Positions 38,155 to 48,078 of a stretch of DNA of 64,000 nt are shown here, one piece after another. The position numbers and the translations under genes are program-made. The stretch is from contig JAPOIY010000001.1 of the NCBI GenBank assembly GCA_029978705.1, forward strand, positions 96,382 to 160,381, read 5' to 3'. Position 1 is the stretch's first letter, and each line of letters starts with the position of its first letter. The notes beneath the pieces are model-generated. The model was not told the origin of the DNA. It saw only the letters and a program-made list of their open reading frames with translations, and did not search any database. Source of the stretch: Actinomycetota bacterium. GTDB lineage: Bacteria > Actinomycetota > Actinomycetes > S36-B12 > GCA-2699445.

Positions 38155-38730
38155 GTGAAGGAGCCGGCGCGGCGGGCGTACGTGGTGTTTCCGGTCCTGA
38201 TCCTGCTGGCGATCATGTGGGCGGTGGAGACGGCCGACTACATCCTCCCGGCGGAGTTGGACTACCTCGGCATTCACAGCCGCACCCTGACCGGCCTGGT
38301 CGGCGTACCGCTCGCGCCGTTCCTCCACGGGGGTTTCGACCATCTCCTCGCCAACACGCTGCCCTTCCTGATCCTCGGGACCCTGGTCGCGTGGCGGGCC
38401 CGGGGCCGCTTCTGGGCAGTAGCGGCGATCATCGTCGTCCTCGGCGGCCTTGCCGTCTGGCTGCTGGGTCCGGCCAACGCCATCACGATCGGGGCCAGCG
38501 GCATGGTGTTCGGGTTCCTCGGCTACCTCCTGCTCCTCGGGGTGCTCACCCGCAGCTGGGTCGACGTGCTCGTGTCCGTGGGCGTCCTCCTGCTCTACGG
38601 GTCGTTGTTGCTGGGGGCCACCCCCCTGGGGGTGCCGACCGGGGTCTCGTGGCTCGCACACCTGACGGGCTTCGCCGCGGGCATCGTCGCTGCCTTCGTC
38701 ACCACCGAGCGGACGCACCCGAGCGGGTAG
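38155..38730 (+). CDS. Rhomboid family intramembrane serine protease
   Basis: PFLHGGFDHLLAN, IGASG (Ser), SWLAHL (His); GATACT-N6-GTG. Confidence 0.92.
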   Translation: MKEPARRAYVVFPVLILLAIMWAVETADYILPAELDYLGIHSRTLTGLVGVPLAPFLHGGFDHLLANTLPFLILGTLVAWRARGRFWAVAAIIVVLGGLAVWLLGPANAITIGASGMVFGFLGYLLLLGVLTRSWVDVLVSVGVLLLYGSLLLGATPLGVPTGVSWLAHLTGFAAGIVAAFVTTERTHPSG

Positions 38731-38782
38731 TGCCTCCCGATGCGGCTACTCGTGGGTGCATCGCGGGAAGTAAGGTGAGGCC

Positions 38783-39376
38783 ATGGCAGCCGTCATCGTC
38801 ATCCTCATCGTGGTCGTGGTGCTCGTCATCATCGGCGTCGTCCTCTACAACTCCCTGATCGGGACCCGAAACAAGGTCGACGAGGCCTGGGCTCAGATCA
38901 GCGTGCAGCTGAAGCGCCGGCACGATCTCATCCCCCCTCTCGTCTCCACGGTCAAGGGCTACGCCACCCACGAGAAGGGGACGTTCGAGGCGGTGACGGA
39001 AGCACGCAACGCAGCCGTGAACGCCATGAGCTCCCCCGCGACGGCGGGCAAGGCGGAGGAGCAGTTGTCGGGGGCACTGAAGAATCTCTTCGCCCTCTCC
39101 GAGAACTACCCGGACCTGAAGGCGTCGACGAACTTCCAGCAACTGCAGGAACAGCTCGTCGACACCGAGAATCGGATCGCCTTCTCCCGGCAGTACTACA
39201 ACGACGTGGTCCGACAGTGGAACACCAAGATCCAGAGCGTCCCTACCAACGTACTGGCGGGCATGATGAAGGCCGAGAAGGCGGAGTACTTCGAGATCCA
39301 GGACATCAGCGCGGCCCGGATGTCGGAGGCCCTGTCCAGCGAAGACGCCTCCAAACCTCCCAACGTCGAGTTCTGA
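38783..39376 (+). CDS. lemA: LemA family protein
   Basis: N-terminal TM, YNSL, QLKRRHDLIP, YATHE, ENYPDLKA, ENRIAFSRQYYN; TAAGGT-N6-ATG. Confidence 0.95.
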   Translation: MAAVIVILIVVVVLVIIGVVLYNSLIGTRNKVDEAWAQISVQLKRRHDLIPPLVSTVKGYATHEKGTFEAVTEARNAAVNAMSSPATAGKAEEQLSGALKNLFALSENYPDLKASTNFQQLQEQLVDTENRIAFSRQYYNDVVRQWNTKIQSVPTNVLAGMMKAEKAEYFEIQDISAARMSEALSSEDASKPPNVEF

Positions 39377-39396
39377 GCCCCTGAACGGGTAGCACG

Positions 39397-41190
39397 ATGG
39401 CCTGGGAACTGTGGTGGCTCGCCATCCCGGCCCTCATCCTGTGGCTGTTCGGCTACCGGTCCCGGTTCTGGCGGATCCTCACGGTGGCGCTGGCGGTGGC
39501 GGCCGTGGCGTTCTTCCCGACGCTGCAGCAGTTCGTCCTGGGAGTCACTCAGCAGGACACGTCGGTCATCCGTCACTACGCCCTCGACTACGAGGTCAAC
39601 GCCAACGGTCGGCAGGTGCTCACCGAGACCCTGGACGTGCAGTTCGCCGAGACCCGGCGGGGCATCTTCCGCTTCTTCGACGAGGCAGACGGCGTCGACC
39701 CCAGCGTCACCCATCCGGTGACCATCGAGTCGGTCAAGCGCTGCCTGGTCGGCGGGACCGGCAAGTGTGTCAGTGAGCCCTACGACGTCTACTACGAAGA
39801 CGGGTACAAGGTCGCGAAGATCGGGGTGGCGAGCCACAGCTATCCGCCCGGGACGACGAACCGCTACATCATCACCAGTTCCACGACAGGTGCCCTCACG
39901 CAGCCGGCCGGGGCGACTGAGGCGCAGTGGTACTGGAACGTCATCGCCCCCGGGTGGAACATGCCGATCCGCCGTTCCCGCGTCACCGTCACGTACCCGG
40001 TCGCGCCCAGCGGGGTCCGCTGCATCACCGAGACCGGGTCGTGCGACACGACGCTCACCGGCAAGGTCGTGACGGGCTCCTACGACGGATTGCCGCCCCG
40101 TACCCCTGTCACGTGGCAGGTCGACCTGCCCCCCGAGGGGCTGACGGTCGTTCCCGTGTCGGGCACCTCGCAGTGGTGGAAGACGCCGTACGCCCTGATC
40201 GCGGGAGCGCTCGCCGCGGTCCTGATGGCCCTGCTGATCTGGTGGCTGCAGGAACGGCGCGCGAAGAAAGCCCCCGTCTTCGCCGAGCCCACCCCGGACA
40301 TCCTTCCCGCGGTCTGGACCTACCGTGAGCAGGCGCCCGACCACCCGTTCCAGACGATGCTGTTGCAGCTGTCCGCCCTGGGCACCGTGCGCGTCGAAGT
40401 TCCCGGCGATGGGCGCCCGGACACCGACCCGCAATGGGTGAAGGTCTGGCGCAAGGACCAGCCCGTTCCCGACATCACCGGCGCCGAGGACTTCATCACC
40501 CGACTCGACCTCGCGGAATCCGGGTCCATGATCAAGATCGGGAAGAACAGTGTCTCCGTCGGGGCGAAGATCAAGAGCACGGAGGCGACGCTGGAGCGCC
40601 AGTCCAAGACGGGGGCGGCCAGCGCTGGGTTCTTCGGTAGCTCCGCTCTGGGCTTCCTCGTAACGCTCGTAGCTGCTGCGCTCGCCCCCGCGGCACTGCT
40701 GATCATGGCCTGGTTCCAGCAGCGGTGGCAGGCGGCGATGCTGGTCCTGCCGGCTCTCGTCGGGATCTGGGCCACCCGGACCCTGGCGACCCGGCTGACC
40801 TCCGCGGGCATGCAGATGCGTGACCAGGTGAGCGGGCTGCGGGTGGCGCTGTCGACCCCGGCGTCGGTCGAGCGGTTCGACTACGCAGCCAAGGCGCAGT
40901 ATTTCGCGCAGTTCCTGCCGTGGGCGGTCGCGCTCGACTGTGCGGACACGTGGGCGGAGATCTGCGCGCCGCCTCCGGGGACCGAGCCCGGCGGGACGGG
41001 GTACGACCCGACCTACGCGGCGGCCTGGAGCACATACGGCATCAGCAACGCCGTGTCGGACGCGGTAGCCAGCGTCTCGGCGGGTGCTGTGTCCGCGTAC
41101 GCGGCGACACAGTCGTCCAGCAGCGGTGGCGGGGGTGGCGGGTTCTCCTCGGGCGGCGGCTCCGGCGGCGGCGGCGGGGGGTCGTGGTGA
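39397..41190 (+). CDS. DUF2207 family membrane protein (paralog 1)
   Basis: RGIFR, YWNVIAPGW, TMs, LPWAVAL, Gly/Ser tail ending GGGGGGSW; downstream of lemA. Confidence 0.88.
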   Translation: MAWELWWLAIPALILWLFGYRSRFWRILTVALAVAAVAFFPTLQQFVLGVTQQDTSVIRHYALDYEVNANGRQVLTETLDVQFAETRRGIFRFFDEADGVDPSVTHPVTIESVKRCLVGGTGKCVSEPYDVYYEDGYKVAKIGVASHSYPPGTTNRYIITSSTTGALTQPAGATEAQWYWNVIAPGWNMPIRRSRVTVTYPVAPSGVRCITETGSCDTTLTGKVVTGSYDGLPPRTPVTWQVDLPPEGLTVVPVSGTSQWWKTPYALIAGALAAVLMALLIWWLQERRAKKAPVFAEPTPDILPAVWTYREQAPDHPFQTMLLQLSALGTVRVEVPGDGRPDTDPQWVKVWRKDQPVPDITGAEDFITRLDLAESGSMIKIGKNSVSVGAKIKSTEATLERQSKTGAASAGFFGSSALGFLVTLVAAALAPAALLIMAWFQQRWQAAMLVLPALVGIWATRTLATRLTSAGMQMRDQVSGLRVALSTPASVERFDYAAKAQYFAQFLPWAVALDCADTWAEICAPPPGTEPGGTGYDPTYAAAWSTYGISNAVSDAVASVSAGAVSAYAATQSSSSGGGGGGFSSGGGSGGGGGGSW

Positions 41191-41223
41191 GTCCCGGGAG
41201 TACAGTCCGGTAGGAGGCGCATC

Positions 41224-43047
41224 ATGTGGCCGTTGTGGGTCGTCGGGATCGTGGTCGGTTTCGTCTGGGGGGGCTACAAGTCGCGGATCGTGCGCGGCAT
41301 CGGTGTCTTCGTGGCGTTCGTCGGGATCCTCATCGTCGCCGTCAGCCAGACCGTCTCCCTGTCGCCCGGCTCCGCCGCCTCGCCACCGGAGGACAGCTCG
41401 ATCATCCGTGACTACGCGCTGGAGTACGTCGTAGCCGCCGACGGTGGGCAGCGACTGGTCGAGACGTTGGATGTGGAGTTCACCGAGGAGAAGCACGGCA
41501 TCTACCGGTTCTTCGACGAGTCCGACGGGGTCGACCCCGACGTCACCCACCCCGTGACCGTCGAGTCCGTGGAGCTGTGCAGCGGCCGGGCCCTCACGGA
41601 CTGCAGCCCGGAGCCGTACCAGGAGAGCTATGAGGGCGACTTCCTCGTGGCCAAGATCGGGCGCCAGGCAGTCACGTACCCGGCCGGTACCGTCAACCGC
41701 TACGTCATCACGAGCAGTACGCAGGGGGCGATCACCCAGCCGTGGGGGAGCGCCACCGACCAGTGGTACTGGGACGTGATCGGAGCGGGCTGGGCCATGC
41801 CGATCCGCCGGGCCGAGGTCACCGTTGAGTTCCCGGTCACCCCCACCGCCGTGCGGTGCATCACCGAGTCGGGGGTGTGCGAGACGCGGAGCGGTCGGGA
41901 CCACGTCGTCACCGGGACATACTCCTCTCTGGCCCCGGGCGTGCCGGTCACCTGGCAGGCCGACCTTCCTCCCACTGGCCTCACCGCGGTCCCCGTGGGC
42001 GAGGCGCCGGCGGGACCGCTGCCGTGGTGGCGGAGCTGGGTGCTCTTCGTCCCCGCCGCTCTGCTCGGTGTGCTCATGTGGTTCGCCATCCGCGCCGTTC
42101 GGGAGAGGCCGGCCAGTACGGCTCCGTATTTCGCCGAACCGAGTCCGGACATCCTTCCCGCGGTCTGGACGTATCGGGAGGAAGCACCGGAGCATTCGTT
42201 CCAGACGATGTTGCTGCAGTTGCAGCAGGCGGGGGCCGTGGAGGTGCAGGTACAGACCGACGGGCCCTACATGTCCCGCAACCCCGACTGGATCATGCTC
42301 CAGCGCACCCAACGGCCCCTGCCCATGATCGCGGGGGCCTCGGAACTCGTCGACGGGCTGGGGATCAGCCAGCCGGGTCAGTCTGCTGTTCTGGCCAAGA
42401 ACGACAAGACGATGGGCGGCCTGGTCAAGGGGACCACCGGTCGCCTGGAGGGTCTGGCCGACCACTCGGCGAAGGCGATGGGCTACTACCACCGGTCCTC
42501 CGCCGGGACCGCCGTCGTGGTTGCGGCGGCGCTGCTGCCCATGCTGGCGCTGGCGGTCGCCGTCGGGTTCGGGCTGTGGTGGGTGGGTCTGGGGCTGCTC
42601 GTCCCGGCGGTGGTCGGGCTGTGGGCCGCGAAGTCACTCACCACGGAACTCACCCACGACGGACTGACGGTGCGCGACGAGGTGACCGGTCTGCACACCG
42701 CCCTGTCCACGCCCGCGTCGGTCGAGCGGTTCGACTACGCGGCCAAGGCTCAGTACTTCGCGCAGTTCCTGCCGTGGGCGGTGGCCCTGGGCTGCGCCGA
42801 GAAGTGGGCCGACGCCTGCAAACCCGACATCCCCCTGGACGATCCCCAGTGGCGCGACAATCCCGCCTACCTGTCGGCGTGGAACACCTACAACATGAGC
42901 CAGATCGTCTCCACGTCAGTCGCGAGTGTGGCGGCGGGTGCGATCGCGGCCTACACCGCGTCCCAGGCCTCCAGCGGCGGCGGCGGGGGCGGAGGCGGGT
43001 TCTCGTCGGGGGGCGGGTCCGGCGGCGGGGGAGGCGGCTCCTGGTAG
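41224..43047 (+). CDS. DUF2207 family membrane protein (paralog 2)
   Basis: HGIYR, YWDVIGAGW, LPWAVALG, GGGGGGSW tail. Confidence 0.88.
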   Translation: MWPLWVVGIVVGFVWGGYKSRIVRGIGVFVAFVGILIVAVSQTVSLSPGSAASPPEDSSIIRDYALEYVVAADGGQRLVETLDVEFTEEKHGIYRFFDESDGVDPDVTHPVTVESVELCSGRALTDCSPEPYQESYEGDFLVAKIGRQAVTYPAGTVNRYVITSSTQGAITQPWGSATDQWYWDVIGAGWAMPIRRAEVTVEFPVTPTAVRCITESGVCETRSGRDHVVTGTYSSLAPGVPVTWQADLPPTGLTAVPVGEAPAGPLPWWRSWVLFVPAALLGVLMWFAIRAVRERPASTAPYFAEPSPDILPAVWTYREEAPEHSFQTMLLQLQQAGAVEVQVQTDGPYMSRNPDWIMLQRTQRPLPMIAGASELVDGLGISQPGQSAVLAKNDKTMGGLVKGTTGRLEGLADHSAKAMGYYHRSSAGTAVVVAAALLPMLALAVAVGFGLWWVGLGLLVPAVVGLWAAKSLTTELTHDGLTVRDEVTGLHTALSTPASVERFDYAAKAQYFAQFLPWAVALGCAEKWADACKPDIPLDDPQWRDNPAYLSAWNTYNMSQIVSTSVASVAAGAIAAYTASQASSGGGGGGGGFSSGGGSGGGGGGSW

Positions 43048-43050
43048 TCG

Positions 43051-44250
43051 TCAGTCGGTGAGGAACTGCGAGGTGCCGGTCGACAGTTCGTGCACCCAGT
43101 CGTGCAGGGCCTCGAGTCGGTTGCTCTCCCCGGGGAGCAGATAGGCGTGCAGTCCCAGCCACATTCCGTAGGCGGGGGTGCCGGTGACCTCACGGTGGTG
43201 GCGCCCCATCTCGACCACAGCCTGGTCGTGCCGGATCATCGCCATGTCGCCCATGTCGCGATACCGGAACGGCTGCGGTGTCTTCCCCTCGCGCTGGCGC
43301 CGGATGGAACGACCCGCGTGGAGACCCTGCTGCTTGGCTACCGAACCGAGCTGGGGAAGCGGGTTCTCCCGGTCGGCGGCCGCGTCACCGATGCAGTAGA
43401 CCCCTTCGTGGCCGGGTAGGCGGAGATCCGCGTCGATCAGGATCCGGCCACCGTGGCCCCGCGTCGGTTCCGGGTCCAGCTGCGGACCCTGAACGCTCAG
43501 TCCTCCCGCCCAGACGGTCAGGTCCGAAGGCACGGAGGTGCCGTCGTCCAATGTCACGCCCTGATCGCTGACCGCGGTCACGTCTCGGCCGAGATGGAAG
43601 ACGACGCCGGCGTCGGTGAGCACGGTCTGCGCAGTCTGTTGGCTCTCCGCTGACATGCTGCGCAGCGGGGCGGTGCCGTGGTCGATCAGGTTCAGCTCGA
43701 CGGATCTTTTCGGTGAGTCCGGGAAGGTGCGCGGCAGGATCTCCTGCGTCACGTCGACGAGGGCGCCGGTGATCTCGACGCCCGTGGCACCCGCTCCCAC
43801 GACCGCGATCCGGACGGGCCCGTCACCGTGCAGGAACAGACTCTGCAGCCGGTCCTTGATCGCGCGCGCGTCGGCCCCCGTGTACAGCGGGAAGGTGTGG
43901 TCGGCCGCTCCGGTGACGCCGAAGAAGTCGACGGTGGCTCCGGGCGCCAGGACGAGTTGGTCACAGGTCACGGTCACCCCGGACGCGGTCGACACCGCGG
44001 GGGCGGCCACGTCGACCGCTGTCACCGTGTCGGCCACCGACGTCACCCGCTTCATCTCGCTCAGGTGGAAGTCCAAGTCGTCCGGCTCGATCAGACCCGT
44101 GGCGGCCTGGTACAACAGCGGCTGGAAGGTCTGGTACCCGCGCGTGTCGATCACCGCCACGGGGATCTTGTGCCGGGAGAGCTCATGCGCCGCGTAGTAG
44201 CCGCCGAAGCCGCCACCGACGATGAGGACCTCATGGTGGATCTGGGTCAT
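43051..44250 (-). CDS. Type II NADH dehydrogenase-like FAD oxidoreductase
   Basis: GGGFGG, FQPLLYQ, GAGATGVE, IGD, YRDMGDMA; GAGGAG RBS. Confidence 0.88.
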   Translation of the reverse strand: MTQIHHEVLIVGGGFGGYYAAHELSRHKIPVAVIDTRGYQTFQPLLYQAATGLIEPDDLDFHLSEMKRVTSVADTVTAVDVAAPAVSTASGVTVTCDQLVLAPGATVDFFGVTGAADHTFPLYTGADARAIKDRLQSLFLHGDGPVRIAVVGAGATGVEITGALVDVTQEILPRTFPDSPKRSVELNLIDHGTAPLRSMSAESQQTAQTVLTDAGVVFHLGRDVTAVSDQGVTLDDGTSVPSDLTVWAGGLSVQGPQLDPEPTRGHGGRILIDADLRLPGHEGVYCIGDAAADRENPLPQLGSVAKQQGLHAGRSIRRQREGKTPQPFRYRDMGDMAMIRHDQAVVEMGRHHREVTGTPAYGMWLGLHAYLLPGESNRLEALHDWVHELSTGTSQFLTD

Positions 44251-44301
44251 GTGCTCTCCTCTTCGTGCCCACCCTAGGAGGTGTCGCCGCCCCCTGCTCG
44301 G

Positions 44302-46089
44302 TCACTCCAGACTCTCGGCTGCGCTGAGCCACTCCTCCTCGAGTTGGGTCTCCCGCTGCTCCACCGCGGCCAGATCGCGGCCCAGGGTCATCAGCTGATC
44401 CGGCTCGGTGGCGGCCGCCGCGAGTTCACGGTGCAGAGCTTCCCTGTCGCGGGCGACGCGTTCCAGCTGCCGTTCGATGCGTGCCAGCGCCTTGCGGGCC
44501 TGCCGTTCGTCAGCGGCACTGCTGCGCCTCCCGGGCTCCCCGATGGTGGCGGGGGGAGGGACCTCGGGCAGCGCGAGATAGTCGGTGACACCGCCCGGGA
44601 GGTGGCGCAGCGAGCCGTCCCCCGCCAGGGCCCAGATGTCGTCACAGACGCGTTCCAGGAAGTACCGGTCGTGGGACACGACCACCAGGGAGCCCGGCCA
44701 CGTGTCGAGGAGGTCCTCCAGCACGGTGAGGGTCTCGATGTCGAGGTCGTTGGTGGGTTCGTCGAGCATCAGCAGGTTGGGGCCGGCGAGCAGGATACGC
44801 AGCAGTTCCAGTCGCCGACGCTCCCCGCCGGAGAGGTCGCCCAGGCGTTTGTGGGAGGCGTCGCCGGTGAAGCCGAACATCTCGAGCAACTGGGTCGCGG
44901 TCAACTCCCGACCGGACGTGACCACCACCTGCTCGCCGCCGCGCCGCAGCCAGGGCAGCACACGGTCGTCGGGGTCGGCGTCCGACAGGTGCTGGCCCAG
45001 CACCGCGGTCACCACGGTCTTGCCCCGCCGGACGAAGCCGTCGGTGGGAGGGCAGTCCTCGCCCCCGGAGAGCAGGCGCAGGAACGTGGTCTTGCCCGCC
45101 CCGTTGGCCCCGAGCAGGCCGACCCGGTCGCCGGGGCCCAGCAGGAACGTCTGGTCGGTGAGCACGGGGTCGACGCCCGGCGCGGGGCGCAGGGTGACGC
45201 CTTCGAGGTCGATGACGGTCCGGCCGAGGCGGGCGGTCGCCACGCGCTGCAGGTCCAGCGAGTCGCGGGGTGGCGGCTCGTCGGCGATCAGCGCCTCCGC
45301 CGCCTCCTTCCGGTACCGCGGCTTGGAGGTCCGCGCCGGGGCGCCGCGTTGCAGCCAGGCGAGTTCCTTGCGCAGCAGGTTCCGTCTCCGGGCGGCGGAT
45401 GCGGCGGCACGGCGTTCGCGTTCGGCCTTCGCGAGGACGTAGGCGGCGTAGCCGCCCTCGTAGCTGTCGATCCCTCCGCCGACGACCTCCCACGTGCGCT
45501 CGGTCACCTGGTCCAGCAGCCAACGGTCATGGGTGACCAACACCAGCGCGCGCCGCCCCCGCGGCCACGCGGCCAGGTGCTGGGCGAGCCAGGTCACGGC
45601 GGCCAGGTCGAGGTGGTTGGTGGGCTCGTCGAGCAGGAGGACATCCGGGCGCCCGATCAGCGCCGCCGCCAGATTGAGGCGGCGCAACTCGCCGCCGGAC
45701 AGCCCCGCGACCTCCGTATCGAGCCCGGACCGGTAGAACGACCCCTGCACGTCGCCCAGCAAACCCGTCATGACGTCCCGCACGGCGGGCTGCGCCGCCC
45801 ACTCGTGAGGTGGGGCATCCCCGACCAGGGCCTCCCGGACGGTCCGACCCCCGATCCGGTCGCCCTGCGCCACCAGGCCGGTGGTCGTGTCACCGCTGCG
45901 TGCCACCCGCCCGGAGTCGGGGGCGACGACACCCGCCAGGGTGCGCAGGAGAGTGCTCTTCCCGCTGCCGTTGCGGCCCACGACTCCGATCCGGTCGCCG
46001 GTGTGCACACTCGCGGAGACCGCATCGAGGATCAGCCGGGGGCCGCGCCGGACGGTCACGGACTCCGCGACGAGAAGTGGGGAACTCAC
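44302..46089 (-). CDS. ABC-F family ATP-binding protein (Uup-like)
   Basis: Two ABC cassettes (GRNGSGKST, LSGGE, DEPTNH; GANGAGKTT, LSGGE, DEPTND), C-terminal coiled coil; GTGA overlap. Confidence 0.93.
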   Translation of the reverse strand: MSSPLLVAESVTVRRGPRLILDAVSASVHTGDRIGVVGRNGSGKSTLLRTLAGVVAPDSGRVARSGDTTTGLVAQGDRIGGRTVREALVGDAPPHEWAAQPAVRDVMTGLLGDVQGSFYRSGLDTEVAGLSGGELRRLNLAAALIGRPDVLLLDEPTNHLDLAAVTWLAQHLAAWPRGRRALVLVTHDRWLLDQVTERTWEVVGGGIDSYEGGYAAYVLAKAERERRAAASAARRRNLLRKELAWLQRGAPARTSKPRYRKEAAEALIADEPPPRDSLDLQRVATARLGRTVIDLEGVTLRPAPGVDPVLTDQTFLLGPGDRVGLLGANGAGKTTFLRLLSGGEDCPPTDGFVRRGKTVVTAVLGQHLSDADPDDRVLPWLRRGGEQVVVTSGRELTATQLLEMFGFTGDASHKRLGDLSGGERRRLELLRILLAGPNLLMLDEPTNDLDIETLTVLEDLLDTWPGSLVVVSHDRYFLERVCDDIWALAGDGSLRHLPGGVTDYLALPEVPPPATIGEPGRRSSAADERQARKALARIERQLERVARDREALHRELAAAATEPDQLMTLGRDLAAVEQRETQLEEEWLSAAESLE

Positions 46090-46754
46090 CCCTCCTCCGA
46101 AGGGGTGGGCCACACCAGTACGGCGGCGATGAGGAAGCCGATCGCCCCCAGCAGGGTCCCGAGATTGGCCCACAGGGAGTTCTCGAAGGTCCCCGGCCGG
46201 ATCAGGGTGGCCCCCCACGCCGAGACCGCGAAGAAGATGGACCCGAGCATGTTGGCCCACAGGATCACGCTGGACCGGGTGATCACCAGGCCGTACCGGC
46301 GGAGTCGCACGACCGGATGCCAGGCGATCCACGAGGACAGGAGGAAGCACACGGAACCGTAGACGTCGGGGCGCCACACCGCGCCGTACTCGGTCATCGG
46401 AAGGAGCAGTGCGCGGACGGTCATCACGTTGAAGTAGAGGGTGCCGATCAGCTGAATGGTGGAACTGACCAGATCCGGGTCGGTGAGCACGTGCCGCAGC
46501 AGGCGGGGACCGGTGGGGGCGTGCTGGATCGCCGACAACAACTGGACGGCCGCTGCGAAGGTGAAGCAGATCGCACCCACGACGAAGATCTCGTCAGCGG
46601 TCGGGACCGGCGTACCGATCATGGCCAGCACTGCTCCGAGGCCGAACAGGAAGGAGCCGATCCCGAAACCCAGCGACATCAGGCGCAACAACCACGCATC
46701 GCGGCGCGACACGTGCGGCGTGACGGCACCGGAGGTGGAGGCAGAAGTGCTCAT
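46086..46754 (-). CDS. YrhK-like multi-pass membrane protein
   Basis: FGIGSFLF, QLIGTLYFN, WRPDVYGSVCFL, NMLGSIFF, GTLLGAIGF repeated TM hairpins. Confidence 0.7.
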   Translation of the reverse strand: MSTSASTSGAVTPHVSRRDAWLLRLMSLGFGIGSFLFGLGAVLAMIGTPVPTADEIFVVGAICFTFAAAVQLLSAIQHAPTGPRLLRHVLTDPDLVSSTIQLIGTLYFNVMTVRALLLPMTEYGAVWRPDVYGSVCFLLSSWIAWHPVVRLRRYGLVITRSSVILWANMLGSIFFAVSAWGATLIRPGTFENSLWANLGTLLGAIGFLIAAVLVWPTPSEEG

Positions 46755-46793
46755 CGCAGCCCAGGATAGATCCGGCTGCGCTAGAACGAGAGG

Positions 46794-48032
46794 GTGCGAG
46801 CGCTGCGCTGGGTCCTCATCGTGCTGGCCGCCCTCCTGGTCGTCGTTCCCGGGGGGCTCACGGCCTACTACTGGATCGGACAGTGGCGGGCCGCGGCCGC
46901 CCAGGATCCCCTGGAGGCCTTCTACACCCCACCCGACCCCGTGACCGGGCGGCCGGGCGACGTCGTGCGCTCCGAGCCGGCTCCGGAGTGGAACGTGCCC
47001 GGAGCGACTGCGCAGCGGATCCTGTACGTCACCGAGGGGGTCGGAGGGGTGCTGCGGGTGGCGGGCGGCACGGTCTGGGTGCCCGACCGGCCCGCGCCAG
47101 GACCCCGCCGTGTCGTCGCGTGGGCCCATGGCACGGTGGGGTTGGGACCCGAGTGCGCCCCCAGCCGGAACCCCTCCCTCATGCCGACCATGAGTGCCTG
47201 GGTCGGGCAGATGGCGGCGAAGGGCTGGGTGGTCACCGCCACGGACTACCAGGGCCTGGGCACACCGCCGCCGTACTCCTACCTGGTGGGGCGGGCCGAG
47301 GTGCGGGATGTCGTCAACTCGGTGCGGGCCGCGCGCTCGCTCCCCGGTGCCCAGGCCGGTGCCGAGTGGGCCGTCTACGGCTTCTCCCAGGGCGGGCACT
47401 CCGCCCTGTGGACCGGACATCTGGCAGCGGAACTCGCCCCGGAGCTGCACCTCGTAGCAGTGGCCGCCGTCTCGCCGGCGGCCCCCCTGGCCGTGATCCT
47501 GGACCAGCAGTGGGACACCGGGGTGGCGTGGGCGATCGGTCCGGAGGTGATGGTGTCGTGGCCGGCGTGGTCGCCCGGTCTGACGGCCGGATCGCTGGTG
47601 AGTCCGGTGGGTCAGCGGGTGACGATGTCCCAGGCCCTGGACTGCGCGACGGCGGCGGCCCTGTTCGGGATCGCGCGGCAGGAGGCGGGGCAGCGCTACT
47701 TCACCCAGAATCCGGGGGATACGCCGGGATGGGACAGCGCCCTGCGGGCGGAGACACCCGGCCCGCTGCCGGGTGACCTGCCGGTCCTCGTGCCCATCGG
47801 CACGGCCGACGACGTGGTCCTGGCCAGTTCCATCGCCTACCTGCAGAAGCAGTGGTGCCGGGCCGGATCGGACCTCACCATGGACTGGCTGGGGGGCGTC
47901 AACCACCTGAAGGCGAACCAGGTCGCCGCCCCCGCTGTCGTGCAGTGGCTGACCGACCGGTTCGCGGGGCGCCGCAGTCACCGCAACTGCGGACAGGCGC
48001 CGCCGGTGGCTGCCTACCGTCCCGGATCGTGA
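46794..48032 (+). CDS. Secreted lipase-family alpha/beta hydrolase
   Basis: WAHGTVG, CAPS, TDYQGLG, GFSQGG, GTADDVV, NH. Confidence 0.88.
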   Translation: MRALRWVLIVLAALLVVVPGGLTAYYWIGQWRAAAAQDPLEAFYTPPDPVTGRPGDVVRSEPAPEWNVPGATAQRILYVTEGVGGVLRVAGGTVWVPDRPAPGPRRVVAWAHGTVGLGPECAPSRNPSLMPTMSAWVGQMAAKGWVVTATDYQGLGTPPPYSYLVGRAEVRDVVNSVRAARSLPGAQAGAEWAVYGFSQGGHSALWTGHLAAELAPELHLVAVAAVSPAAPLAVILDQQWDTGVAWAIGPEVMVSWPAWSPGLTAGSLVSPVGQRVTMSQALDCATAAALFGIARQEAGQRYFTQNPGDTPGWDSALRAETPGPLPGDLPVLVPIGTADDVVLASSIAYLQKQWCRAGSDLTMDWLGGVNHLKANQVAAPAVVQWLTDRFAGRRSHRNCGQAPPVAAYRPGS

Positions 48033-48078
48033 CCGGCGGGTCGTGGACTTCCCCCCGGTGACGGGCCACGATGGCGGC

